64,000 bases of DNA from Octopus sinensis. Its lineage: Eukaryota. Shown in pieces: positions 1 to 13,810 of the stretch; position 1 is the stretch's first letter; every line of letters begins with the position of its first letter. Location of the stretch: the NCBI RefSeq assembly GCF_006345805.1, contig NC_043006.1:16616001-16680000 (forward strand), written 5' to 3'. Both the position numbers and the translations under genes were made by a program. The notes beneath the pieces are model-generated. The model searched no databases, was not told the DNA's origin, and worked only from the letters and a program-made list of their open reading frames with translations.

Positions 1-280
1 ATTACAAAACATTTTTCATTGAAGCTCACATCTTTTGAAGCCAGAATCGTATTTCAATGAGTATCCCAAACAAAATATTCCCATGGAGGTCTAGTTCAAT
101 TCTTCTCTGAGATTATGTAATCATTAAAGGAAGCATCATTAAGTATTAATAGCATAACATAACTGAACCACCTGCCTTTTTGTAGTAAAATCCAATACAC
201 TTCTTTTATCATTGGCCACAGCAAGTAAGCCACAAATGAATGCATAATATAAATTCTTTCATGAAAATTTTTTTTCTGAG
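1..280 (-). other. Candidate exon 3, running off the window edge
   Basis: Acceptor GATTTTTCAG| at 281/280. Joined in phase 1 to exon 2, the frame stays open to TGA at 98-96 (71-aa ORF). No recognisable homology. Confidence 0.4.
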
Positions 281-3200
281 CTGAAAAATCACTATTAATT
301 AATTACAGATTACATAATATAAACAGAAATACTAACAGATAGTTTTGAATATCTAATAATATAAAACCAAAGACTTATCTTTGACTATATATAAACCAGG
401 TAGAGTAAAGCAGTAGGAAGAGATCTTAACCAGAAGACTAGAGAATGAAAGAGCAAGATGACCGATAAAACTGTCATACATTTTTGTGTAACTCAATAGA
501 AAGTCTTATAGAACCCAATGTAGAAGGTACTGGTTGGGAAAATTGTACACTAAGTTGATGGTGTGGTGGAATGAATAAGGAAAGATTAGTTGGTAGTAGA
601 TAGCATAAATATAGAATGATAGAGTTAGTGAGCTATCCTTATTTAGACAAATATTCTATAAAAATTTACTGTCAGCCAAAGGTAGAATAGTACCAAGTAC
701 TAAAAATAGACAAAAAAATTGGCAATATACAATGCATAATGCAAAAACGAAAATCAATTTTAATTGGAAACCAACTCTATTGTAATAACAATTGAATATA
801 TTCTTTGAATAAATTAATCATAAAGTGAAGAGCAGTTCATGTTAAAATGGGTATTAATTCAATTAATTCTAACTTCAGCAATTTATTTTCTACAGGGAAT
901 AAAGACAATTTTAAAGAACCAAAAATCAGCATTTTAACTGATATTCCAATAGAGAGAATGGTTATTTCCTTTCATCAAACTTATAACCAAATTATACAAA
1001 TGGGACAGACTAAATATAATACAGAAAATAAAACAAAATAAAGCATAAAAAAGGTTTCCAAATTAAAACAATATATATTTGTGAAGAAAGAAATTTATGC
1101 ATACACACAAAAAAAAAACTATAAATCCACATAAAACAAATTAGAAAATGAATTATAAGTAAATTTTTATGCAAAAGAGATTTATCTAAGTCTGTTTTGT
1201 TTTTTTGAAATTTTATAGCAAGTAAATAAATAGATAACAAATTATGGATAATCTCTATAAATAACTAAAAATATGATTAGTATAAAACAGTAAGTGCCCT
1301 TTGCACAGCTCTTGATAAGAGGAGAATTTATATGTTATGGAAAAGTTATTTACATTACAAGGCTTTTTGAACCAAATTCTTGATTCAAAGATTTTTCTAT
1401 TCAAATGATTTTAAATCTTCTAAGATCACATGCAATATTCAAACACCAATAATAAGAAAATATTTTAATTAAAGTTTAGAAAAACTTTTAACGCCATTAT
1501 TTGAAAACTAAAAGTCAAATACACAAATGTGATAAAATTCTTAAGCATAAGATGACATTGGTTAGTATTAAAATAAGTTATTTTATATATCTAAAATTAT
1601 CTTTTAAACAGATACACATTTTGGCAAACTAATTAAATAAGAAATGAAAACGTGTGGCAGAGAAAGACTTCATGTGTGACTATAATATCAAGCTTATCAA
1701 CACTTGTTTTAGTTGATCCCTTATATTTACATTAATACATCTAGCTAACTGCTATCAACTCATTTCGTTCCATATATTACATTGTTGTATGGCTTCACTG
1801 TCACTTTTAACTCATCAGTGTATATTTAGTACAAGCATAAGCAAAATAGAGATAAGATGAGAGGTGAAAAAAAAATGTACCACCAAAAAAAGTGAGAAAG
1901 TCTGTATGACTGCAGTGTAGTCATGAAGAGAAAGATAAGACCGAGTAGTGAGAATGTATTTATAATAGAGAGATAATTAGAAGAGTGTAACAAGAGAAAA
2001 TTAGTAACACTTAATGTGGCAAAAGACAGATCTATTAATTGGGGGAAAGAAAAAATGATGTCAATCAATCAACATCTGAGAAAAGACAAGAAGGGTAAAA
2101 AAAAAAAAAAGTAAGCATACACATGAATAAAAGGTTAAACAGATGGCTACAGAAATTGAGAACAGACCAGACAATGCCGAGTAGAGAGATAAACATTTAG
2201 AGAGAGAGAGACAAAGTTGAAGAGCAAACATTGAGGGGAATACGGTTTGAAAAGTAAACAAATATATGCAAAGACAAAAGAGAACAAATAACTGTAAGGT
2301 CAGAGTAGTGTCTGAGATACAAAAAGAGACAGAAGGAGAAGTCAAGTGTGTGTGTGTAGGGAAAACAAAATAAAAACAAATGAAAAAGGGAAAAAATTAT
2401 ACTGAAAGAAGTAGAAAACCAAACACGGGCCTAAGAGGAAGGTATGGTAAAAAAAAATTGGAAAAAAAATATCAAGGTATTTCAAAGTTGAAAGAAACAT
2501 CTTATCAAATGCCACATAAGAAGACAGGAACATTTGTAAGGTGTGTGTATGTGTGTGTATATATCACTTGATCACTTGACCGACCAGACCATCAGATGTT
2601 GTTACACATCGCTGGTCACAATGCGTTCGCATTGTTTTAGCCTTCGAATGACGCCACCCCGCTGGCTAAGCAAGCAGGTGTGTGTATATATACACATTTA
2701 AATATACATATACTTAAGTTGACTAATGAAAATGAAAGTACAGATTATGATCTCTTCAGAAATGTCTCTAAGAATTTTCAAATACTCAGACTAGAAAACA
2801 CACACACACACACACAAACTTATACAAAAAAGAAAAAAAAAAACACATATTGCCCACAAGTAACTATGTTAGAGATATCAACCAATGGAAGGGACTTCAA
2901 AAACAGGTTGTGATAATTATACTTCTCTTGAAAGTATTAGTGACATGAGAAAGGAAATTAGGTGAAAGTTTTATGAACACAGCTTGAGTATTTTTTTGTC
3001 ACCGTCCTATATGTTATCTTGTGTGTGAGAGAATTACCTGGTGGTCTTACTGGTGCCAGAGTCACACAAAAAGCACCCAGTAAAGTGGCTGGCATTAGGA
3101 AAAGAGCCATAGAAACCATGCCAAAGTAAACATTGGAGTTTAGTACAGTCCTCTGGCTTGCCAGTGGCTGTTGAGCAGTCCAACCCATGGAAAATGAACA

Positions 3201-3555
3201 TTAAGTGGTGATAAAAACTTCAAGGGGTATGAAACCATTTTTATAGTGGAACTCAAAGTGGATAAAGCTATAAAAAGAGCATGTAGAATATTGGGTTAAA
3301 GAAAATAAATTGGTCAGCCTTCAACTTTTTTCCATCCAAGGGATTTCTGCCCTATATTCTTCATGCTATTATTTATAGCTTTATCTACTTTGAGTTCCAA
3401 CACAAAAAAAGAATTATATATATAATATATATATATGAAAAACCTTTTTCTTTCATATGTATTAAATCTGTACATCACCCCTAATACTTATAACATATAT
3501 ATTTTCAAAGGTATCAGTTCCTTGTTTGTTTTTTTAAAAAAAGAACCCTTTATAG

Positions 3556-3779
3556 CCTTTTAGCATTTAAGTCAGTCATATCTGGCCAAAACATCCTACT
3601 TGTTTTATGCACAAACAGGCTAGGTCCAACCTCTCACACCTACACTACAATATCAGTCTAAAAACAACCACTCAGATCACCAAAGTCTCAAAGCTACAAG
3701 ATAGTGGATGATTAATTTAAAACAATGTGAATAAATAATCATGAGTGACATTTGACAGAGTAGTCCAAATGCTAAAGGC
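3556..3779. mobile_element. piggyBac-type MITE, diverged copy
   Basis: Collinear with 55176-55395 (CATATCTGGCC, CCTCTCACACCTA, CTCAAAGCTA, ATGATTAATT); ends AATGCTAAAGGC|TTAA. Confidence 0.7.
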
Positions 3780-4235
3780 TTAAAGATGTTTCAACAACAT
3801 CTTGGTTTACAATCTTTAGTGCTCTTCCAAAGCAAATGCAAACTTTCAATAGAGTAAAAACCCAGATAAGGAGTAATTAAGATGAGAGACATCCAATTTA
3901 GCTCATCTAATATCAGTTTAGAATCTAACACAATTTCATATTCTCAAGGACCAAGAGGGACAGGGAAACCATTAAGTATTAATATTAAAGATTTGATTTC
4001 TTTGGCATTGGCAAAAGGCTACTCATTTTATTGAAAGCACTTAATTGGATTGGTTGATTGGGGGATAGAACCAAATTTTGGCAGAACTTGACCTCTAAAA
4101 TGTGTCTGCAAAACATCTAATAGTTATAAACATACAAATAATTGTCTTAGCTATCCAATTAAATCCTCATAAAACGTCAAATTTTCTCTGATAAAAGTAT
4201 ACTTGGCACTTTGAATTATATATAGGGGCTTCACA

Positions 4236-4392
4236 GACACAGGTGCGGCTGTGTTAAAACGTTTTCTTCCCAACCACATGGTTTCATGCTCAATTTCGCT
4301 GCCTGGCACCTTGGCAAGTGTCTTCTACTATAGCACTGGACCAACCAAAGGGTTGCGAGTGCATTTTGTAGCCAGAAACTGAAAGAAGCTTG
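4236..4392 (+). mobile_element. SINE family B 5' half, diverged
   Basis: CCAACCACATGGTT...GGCACCTTGGCAAGTGTCTTCTACTATAGC...GAAACTGAAAGAAGC. Confidence 0.75.
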
Positions 4393-4448
<56 letters not shown>

Positions 4449-4489
4449 CAAGCAAAATACTAAAGCATAAGCATATACATTTATGAGAT

Positions 4490-4865
4490 ATGCTGTGACT
4501 GTGAAGACCCGACAAATGAAGTGAGTTCATGGATCGCAGGATGACCTGCTGTGCTAACCTTGGATCGTAGAGTGACCCGCTGTTCTTGAAACGTCCAACC
4601 CATGCTAGCATGGAAAACGGACGTTAAACGATGATGATGATGATGATGTATGTCTCCTTGCTTTGACAGTGTATGATAGTTCTAAATGAGTGCCATTGTC
4701 ATACAGTCATTCATTTCCAATATCCTGTGAAAACATTACCTTCCTTGGAAACAAGAGAAGGTTGGCAACAGAAAGGGTGTCCAAACCATAGAAAATCAGC
4801 CTGACTAAGCTCTCTCTGATCCAAGCAGGTATGGAAAAGCAGACGTTAAAAAGATTATGATGATA
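4490..4865 (+). mobile_element. RTE-type LINE/SINE 3' ends (two copies; a related copy lies at ~3045-3215)
   Basis: CAACCCATGCTAGCATGGAAAACGGACGTTAAACGATGATGATG tail, repeated in diverged form at 4825-4865 and 3180-3212. Confidence 0.6.
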
Positions 4866-5247
4866 ATTATCTAGCCTACATCATATACAAGAGCTCTATC
4901 TTTAATCATTATTGTAGTATAAATCTCACTTAAATGCTAATACTGTTGCTAGTTGTTTTCGTTTTGTTTTGTGCTTTTTGTATATACAAACATAATCCTA
5001 TTGTTAGTGAAACATAGGGATTATGATATTAGTCATATCTTCGTTTTAACTGGAGTATACTGGATGTTAAAAATTATTACTGCTAGTGTAACAAGTGAAC
5101 AATTGATTATTAGTTCCAGGTTTTGCTGTACCTCTTTCATATTTACACAGTTCTGAGCAAGCTAATAATATCAAAAGTATGCACAGGTTTCTGTCTCCTT
5201 GTCTTGACAGCGTCTGGTATTTTCTAAATGAGATTACCGAACCTCAC

Positions 5248-5543
5248 CTGTTGCATTCTGTACGGTTTCTTCTGGCATACCAAGTAAAAAAGCTAGCCAA
5301 AACAATATTAATATTTTATGCACATGTAGAATAATTGAAATGTTTCTGTGAACGATTAATAGGAAATAAAGTCAAAATCCCAACTGAAGCAGTTCTTTCT
5401 GTCAACATACGAATGAGACTTCGTAATGTTATTATTAGCTGTACAGTTTAGGCCAACTTAGGGAGAAGCCATATTATTGGTTAGTCTTAGAATCCTATTC
5501 AATGCATTGAAAACATACTATCCAAACAAAAAATTATCTGCAG
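5248..5543 (-). other. Candidate internal exon 2 (296 nt), mostly non-coding
   Basis: Acceptor TTTCTATTGCAG| (second CAG 6 nt downstream) and donor CAG|GTGAGG; repeat-free sequence. An ATG at 5278 gives MPEETVQNAT plus 1 nt at the donor. Confidence 0.5.
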
Positions 5544-7091
5544 CTGCAATAGAAATGTAATGAAATTAACGATTGCCCCATAATACTACTTATTCAGTTC
5601 GTAGTAAGGACGTATCAAAACTTGAAATTCATTGACTAAAATTTTCAGATATAAAGTTATCGGATTGCAAGTTCAAGGCACCTCTTTTCCGCGGAGCTTA
5701 CATTTTAGTTGTCATCAATCGTTGATTAGAGGAAGTAAATGGAGAATAAAATAATACTGATGAAGGAAATCAACTTGAATCGATAGTTCGGATCTTGTGT
5801 CTGTACCAGTTAAATATGACAGCATGAAACCTACTGGATTTGGTAATAGTTCCTAGGATTTCTTAGAGTCACAGGTTTCAGGTTTCTTTGCAAGTTATAA
5901 TAATAATAATAATGTTCATGACTTTTCCCAAGGGCATCATCATCATCATCGTTGTCAGCGAAGGAGTTCATTGTACATATTTAAATGTACCTTTAACGAA
6001 CAAAAACCATAATCGAAGATGAAATAATAAGCACCACATAAGCATTTAGTATTTTTTGCACACACACACACACATATATATATATATGTGTGTGTATATA
6101 TATGTGTGTGTGTATGTATATATATATATATATGAATGAAAAATTCAAGTTTAAAAAAAAAAGCCGTGTTTGATGAGTTATTTAAATGTCTCCTCGCCCA
6201 AATACGGCTAATGTTTGCAAGTTATAGGATACTGTAATTTAAGACGGGCAACTTGACAAAAATCTATATGTAAATTTATACCCATACAACTTGACAGAAA
6301 AGAGAAGAGATAGACTAAACCAAACCAACAACACAACACACAACAACACAAAGGTCTGTGTTCTCTGATATAAATAAGGGATAGCCATTAAAAATTGAAA
6401 AAAAAAATAAGAAAAGATAGTAATCTGAGACGAACAAAAGGAAGTATTGTTTAGCGATATTTATCAGCAATACTTCCATTGTAAATTAAAACAGAAATAG
6501 TCAGGATAGCAAGATGGCATTGAAGATAAAATCCCAAGTGTTTGAAGTATATATATATATATATATATATAATAAATAGCAGGCGAGGATCGTACTTTTT
6601 CTTAAGTAGATAATAAATTATGATTTAATTCCTTTCGTTACTTTCTAAACCAGATTTGCTGTTCGTACGACGATGGTTTTGGATATTATTAGCATTTATT
6701 TCGCCAGTCATTAAAAATACAACCAAAAAGGAAGGTGAAATAGCACAAAGTTCGATGGTTAGTAGTCAGTGCTGTAAGCTATTTCGCCCAAACAAGGCTG
6801 AAAGTAAATAGGCAATTATGTAATACACACACACACATGTATGTATATATACACATATAGATAGATTTGTATATACATATACATATATATATATACATGT
6901 ATATATAATGTATGTATATAGAGGCACGTACACCCACGTATTGTAGAGTTGTAAGACACTCGGATACTCTATAATTATTCAACATTATTTATCCTTCATA
7001 ACACAGATTTTATGCACAAAACCAGGTATTAAAAATGTGTGGGCAGACAAAATATACAGCTCTCATGTAGCGTGTATATATATATATATAT

Positions 7092-7132
<41 letters not shown>

Positions 7133-7655
7133 AGCAACATTTTTTAAACAGAACATTCAATAAATTAGCTCAAATAGGGTGTGTATTGAAAGTAATTACT
7201 TTCATACAATGAATGGTCTTGAAGATATATTACTAATAAACAACTCTCTCCTTACAGAGCCTTAACCAGTGATATCACCTTTAAAAGCTAACCAACAGCT
7301 ATTATATATATACATTATTATTATAGCATACAGATACACACACACACGCGCATTTTGATATACAAACGTGAGGATATATGTACCCTTTACATGTATATTT
7401 TATTCATTCGAAGCTGGATAATTCGCTAGGTCGATACTCGGAGTATCTCGCTACGTGAGACTCAGCCCTACCCCTCAAGCAAAACAAAAGAAACCTGATC
7501 AACTTCGAAAGAGTGAGTACACACACACATATATATATTGACAATGTGTTTGTAGGAGTTTACTACATATACCTATGAGAGATGAACAAAGTAAAGAAAA
7601 AAAAAAGAATCCATTATATTTGATAGAGAAACTATGCAATCTAACACACACATAC

Positions 7656-7691
<36 letters not shown>

Positions 7692-7780
7692 AGTAGAAAG
7701 AATAGCCAAAACTCTTTGACTGCTATTTCTAAATTCGGTGTGTGGTGAGGCAAATCGTTGCTAAACCCTTAATTACTTAG

Positions 7781-7832
<52 letters not shown>

Positions 7833-8523
7833 GTATATATAAGCGCACACCAAGTCGCACAAATTCTATGACTAACTCGCCAGGGATAATAGAATCATGT
7901 GCAAGATGTCACTTGCAGACTCTCGCTAGCAACCACTGCGATACGAAACTGTTTATATGTAATTACTGTAGAACCGACTTCAATAATTATATAACGCCTC
8001 AGAACAACGACCTCAGCCAAGTACTATAGCAAGTATAACCATATATTATTTGGTGATTCACCGATATATATATATATATTTTTTTGTTAAATGTGTGCAG
8101 AAAACAACAACAGCACCTTACCGACAAAAAATCTTGTTTTATTATATTTTAGTATAAAATAAATGAAATGGTTAAGAGAATAAGAGATTCTTTGATAAGG
8201 CATTTGATAGATAGACAACGCGTGTCGTGTGTGCATATGCGAGAGGAAATTTTCCATGTAACTGAGATATTTTAATCGGTATCGTGAAACTCTAAGAGTA
8301 ATGATGGTTCAAGAAGCGTCAGGTGCTAATAAAAAAGATACAAACTCTTGTCTTCGTCTGTAAACACGAACATAGTAGATAGGTATAAAAGCGAGCATAT
8401 GGATCTCCGTCAGTTTCGACATGGTAAAAAATGCCGAGAAGTGGGGATCGAAACAGAATCAATATAGCGAAATGACAACCTTTTCAACCACAGGGCCATT
8501 CCTGCATTTTTTCATGGTCTCTC

Positions 8524-8579
<56 letters not shown>

Positions 8580-8584
8580 ATTCC

Positions 8585-8906
8585 CTTTTACTTGTTTCAG
8601 TCAGTTGACTGCGGCCATGCTGGAGCATCGCCTTTAGTCGAGCAAATCGACCCCAGGACTGACTTATTCTTTGTAAGCCTAGAACTATCGTTCTCTTTTG
8701 CTGAACCGCTAAGTTACGGGGGACGTAAACACACCCCCATTGCTTGTCAAGAAATGTTGGGGGGGGGGACAAACACAGCCACACAAACACATGTACATAT
8801 ATATGACGGGCTTCATTCAGTTTCCGTCTACTAAATCCACTCACAAGGCTTTGGTCGGATCGAGGCTACAGTAGAAGACACTTGCCCAAGGTGCCATGCA
8901 GTAGGA
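8585..8906 (-). mobile_element. SINE family B, 5'-truncated
   Basis: Reverse complement of ~17035-17390. Confidence 0.85.
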
Positions 8907-8938
<32 letters not shown>

Positions 8939-9326
8939 ATGTATGTATAATCACACCTCACACAGTCCGCTTCTGAACAAGCAGGCTTATATAAATCAAA
9001 GGTGCTCACGCAGTAACTCGTCCTTCAGCATATCTTAAGATTACATTGTCATATGTGTCCTTTACAATAGTCCGGGTGTGGCTTGATAGAAATCTGGCTG
9101 CCACTTCTAGCAGGTCAAGCTATCACGAATACGATAAAAGAAAACATTCTAGCCATAAACGATCATGTCTTTTTGTCCAGACACCTAAGACACGCATTAT
9201 CTATTATGTTCCATATTTTAAGATCGTGACGGTGCAACTTGAGGGAGATTTGCCTGCTATTTCTAACAATTAACGCAACAGCAAAAAGGTTTCTTCGTTC
9301 ATGTGGTCATTAAATGCATTTGCGTA

Positions 9327-9378
<52 letters not shown>

Positions 9379-9811
9379 ATATATATATTAGGCATAACTG
9401 AAGATGTGTACCCCCTACATATATAAATATATATATATATATTTAAGCTTATGAGTAATCGCATATGTATTTATTTGAAAAATAAACTAATATACATTTC
9501 TCACCACCACCAATTCTCTTCTCAAATGAGGCTTAATTTACGCCATAATCATAATCAGCTGCTAGAAAAATTGTCTATTAAGAGAGGAGGGGGGTGGAAA
9601 GTGAAATAAAAAAGTTGAAAACTTGGGATTAAATTTTAAAAACATGACGTATTCGCTTACATATATAAACAACATTTAAACCGAGAGGAGGGGAGGTCTC
9701 TATGTTATGTGGTCGATCGTCTTGTTAAAAACAACAGCCAAATTCTCTCATACCACTCATATCCTGAAAAAGGTAGGGCATATCGGATGATGTAGTCATA
9801 TATATACATAC

Positions 9812-9867
<56 letters not shown>

Positions 9868-10839
9868 TACACAAAGATGGGATGGTCTTGGTTGCTTAAT
9901 GAGGGTCGATCGTGGAGTAAGCAACATTTAATATGTGTGTGTGTATTATGTATATTGTGTATATGTTATATTATATGTATATATTATTTATATAATGCAT
10001 ATATATATTATATATATATTTTATTTTTTTTATTTTATTTTATCTAGTTTCAGCTCACGAGCTGTGGCCATGCTGGGGCACATATATATTATGTATATAT
10101 ATATTATATAAATATATATTATATGTATATATTAATTGTATATATTATATATATAATGCATATATATATTATGTATATATTATATATATAATGCATATAT
10201 ATATTATGTATATATTATATATATAATGCATATATTATATATATAATGCATATATATATATTATATACATATATATATATAATGCATATATATATATATT
10301 ATATACATATATATATATGTGTGTGTGTGTATGTATATATATATATATATACCCCCGCATATATGTAAACACCAGAGATGATCTTTCAGTAATCTGTTCG
10401 AGAGACAAGAGATAGCTACAGTGCAGATACGGAAAGTCTTGTACGTATAATAAATAATAATAAGTGTAATAATATTGGACATGAAATCCAGTGTATAATA
10501 ATCATGTCAACATTTTAGTCCATTCACAATAGTCCAGACACAATAAGCTTCATAACGATCAGCTTACTACATATGCATTATACATTAGCTATCTATACTA
10601 AAAATAAGTAGGTAATAGCTTTTATATAAGTCAAGAAATGTTTCAGTGTGTTTTTTTTTCCCAACAATAAACTGCAATTAAATATCAATTATATGTAATA
10701 TGTTAAAAGAAAACTGCAATCCAACAAACGGATTAGATAGATAAGTAAGTAAACTAACTAAAATTTCCATTGTTGAGAGCCAATATAAAGGGGAAAAAGG
10801 GGAGATATATGAAAGGAAAATAAACAAAAACCTTCTTAC

Positions 10840-11345
10840 CTGCTGTCCAGCCATTGGGAGGTAAAACTAGAAATCTTTCTTTCTCCCTCCTTTCTTTTTA
10901 TATAGAGATATCTCTAGAGACGGTAGATGCGTATTTTGTGGGAAGTATTGTAAATTAAGAAATGCACCACTGATCTGATTGTATATATTTTTTTTTGCTT
11001 GTGAAAATACAAAATGTAAATTTTTTTTTTCTTTAAAAAAAAAACACAGAGAGGGGAGCAAAAAGGAAACACACACTACATACAGTTTTTATAATTAATT
11101 TTTCGTATTTGTGTTGTTTGAACTGAATGTGGTGGCGGCGGCGGCGACGGAGATGGCGAATAATAATAATAAAAATTTATAACATAAAAGCTATTAACAA
11201 CTTGTTTTCTTTTTCTCGTTCGGTAGAATATTCTCTAGTAATTCGTGCAGTTATATCCGGAGTATTTAGATGAAACAGCTGTAAGAGTCGAACCTCATGG
11301 TTCCATCTCGCTTCCTACAAAAGAACGACCGACCGCCATCTTGTA
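10840..11345 (-). other. Candidate first exon (5' leader) ending in ATG GCT GGA CAG CAG|GTAAGA
   Basis: Consensus donor CAG|GTAAG at 10840/10839 on minus; ATG at 10854 gives MAGQQ in phase 0. The 5' boundary is approximate. Confidence 0.55.
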
Positions 11346-11515
11346 AGCACTATTAACTTGCACAATAACATGTATAACTGCGCCACCTCGCTTCAAACAG
11401 CCTAATCACTCCAATTGTCGTAAGTCACATAACACTTAACTCCCAACACGAACTATATCGCTCCGCGAGTAGTAGTAGTGGGAGAGTGAGAGCGCATCTC
11501 ACAATCGATAAGCAA
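11330..11515 (-). promoter_or_regulatory. Candidate core promoter / TSS region of a minus-strand gene
   Basis: Locally CpG-rich unique DNA. YY1-type motif CCGCCATCTTG at 11333-11343 (CAAGATGGCGG on minus), CTCF-like core CTGCGCCACCT at 11378-11388, CCAAT at 11411, DRE-like ATCGATA at 11504-11510. Lies ~500 bp upstream of a strong minus-strand splice donor. Motif function is inferred. Confidence 0.55.
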
Positions 11516-12143
11516 AGCAAATGTGAAGTGGTAGCAATAGCGATTTCACTAAATATAGTTCACACCTTATCTTACTTTTCTGGATCTAAAATTCAAGTTG
11601 GGAAGGCTATTAATAATTCCGAGACGAATATACGAAAGTGGTTATTGTATTGAAATAGATTGCTACACATGACAACTCATTTCTGCCAAGGGTTTCACTT
11701 ATTTATACTTGTCATACCACGCGATGGCATTTGTTTATCTTTATAGTAATTAGGGCGGGGAGCTGGGACTGAATGGTTGAGCTGTGTGTGTGTGTGTGGA
11801 GTTTGGTCTTCCACGGCTTTGAGTTCGAATCTCGACACAGTAAACTTTATATTGGGGAAAGCTTACTAAATTCCAGTAATATACAAAACTGATTGTAATA
11901 CGAATGCATATAATTATATATATATGTGTGTATGAGTGAGGGTGTATACTACGTGCGTGCGCATGTATGTATATATATGTGTATATATATATGTGTGTGT
12001 GTGTGTGTATAAATATATGTATATAAATATATATATATATGTATATATATATATATGTATATGAATATTATATATGTATATAAATAAATATATATATATA
12101 TATATATATATTAATATATATATATATATATATAAATAAATAT

Positions 12144-12222
<79 letters not shown>

Positions 12223-12252
12223 ATATATATATATATACAGAAATAGATAGAT

Positions 12253-12320
<68 letters not shown>

Positions 12321-12930
12321 TCACACACAAACACACACACACTATCTGTTGTAAAAAAAAAAAAATTGGCTTCGTGCCTAACCAAAGAAGATAGCTTTAC
12401 ATTAATTAGTATTTACGGTTACAGGACGAAACAGTGGCAGAGTAGTCTTTGGGTATTGCAACTGTTTTTTAGACTCCCTCCCACACTTTGTGATACCGAA
12501 GAATATAAACAAGATAAATTTATAAATATAAACACAGTGAATTATGACAGTTTAGAAGATCGTGCCATTGATCTTGTTGGTAACAGATGGCGTTCACTTA
12601 AGAAGGTAGCGACCAACATCATAACAATGTCTGTATTATGTAACGAAGCTACTAGAAAGAAGTTTTCCGTTTTCTTTGTATTTCTTTGTATTTCTTTATA
12701 TTTATCATAGAAATTATCAGCAGAGATACGTTTATGAATAAAGGAATAAAGGGATAAAGGAAAATAAAAAAACAAAAGAAAAGAAAAAGGGGGAAAAAAA
12801 GTGTTTATTGTTGAATCTTTTTGCTTTGCTGAGAATGAAGAAGGAATGAATGCCATTGAATAATTATAGTAGTAGTAGTAGTAGTAGTAGTAATAATAAT
12901 AATAATATAATAATAATAATAATAATAATA

Positions 12931-12965
<35 letters not shown>

Positions 12966-13666
12966 TACTACTACTACTACTATTCACTGGCCTCCAGGGC
13001 TTCAAGAACATTTAGGACAGGACAGAGGGGATAACAAAAAAACGTGTAATAATATTTAAAAAAATACAGCTGCTGCTGATGATGATGACGACGACGACGA
13101 TGACGACGATGATGACGATGATGACGATGATGATGATGATGATGACGATGATGATGATGATGACGATGATGATTTCTGTTATTTGCCACTAGGGTTACGG
13201 ACGAGGAATCGATACATATGTAAACGATTAATATTTTTTTCTGCTATATTCTTTTTTCTTTTTCAAGTCGTAACAGCAGCAATGAAGAGATATGTACCGA
13301 CGTGTGTCCACAAGGTGATTTCGACTTCCTTCTAGTAGTTTCTAATACTAAATGCCCTTGAAGAAATAGCATAAAAAAAAGAAAGAAAACGAAAAAAAAC
13401 ACCTGTGCCATTTTTCATTTCCGTCTTCAGTAAATTTAAATACCTTGTGTGTAACAAATTATTAAGCTTGAAAATATGTGGAGTGGGGGAGACTAGAGTG
13501 GTAGAGCCGACGGAAAGGTAAGCTCCCGTTAAACTCGATGCCGCAATTCGAAGTTGCAGGTTCGATTTCACTGCGGGGCACCTTGGGTGCGTACAGCCAT
13601 AAGTTGACCAAATTATTTGGGAGTAGAATTTGGAAGGCTGTCGTGTGTGTACATGTGTAAATGTCT

Positions 13667-13810
13667 GTGTAAACATATATATAATATATGTGTGTGTGTA
13701 TGTTTGAATGTGTAAGGTGTGTGTAAACATATATATAATATATGTGTGTGTGTATGTTTGAATGTGTAAGGTGTGTGTAAACATATATATAATATATGTG
13801 TGTGTGTATG
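13667..13810 (+). repeat. 54-bp minisatellite, ~2.5 units
   Basis: GTGTAAACATATATATAATATATGTG at 13667, 13721 and 13775. Confidence 0.85.

Noticed and set aside
5248-5278. MPEETVQNAT resembles the Hsp90 N-terminus (MPEE...)
   Set aside because: No downstream ETFAFQAEIAQLMSLIIN exon seen in the window; the similarity is only 4-5 residues.
5645-5718. Possible intronic C/D snoRNA on minus (TTGATGA...CTGA, ~100 nt from the acceptor)
   Set aside because: The C box lacks the 5' purine, there is no convincing terminal stem, and no rRNA-complementary guide was recognised; needs snoscan or small-RNA data.
12366-12710. 114-aa plus-strand ORF divergent from the promoter
   Set aside because: Non-ATG start, no recognisable homology and no consistent splice sites; cannot be supported.
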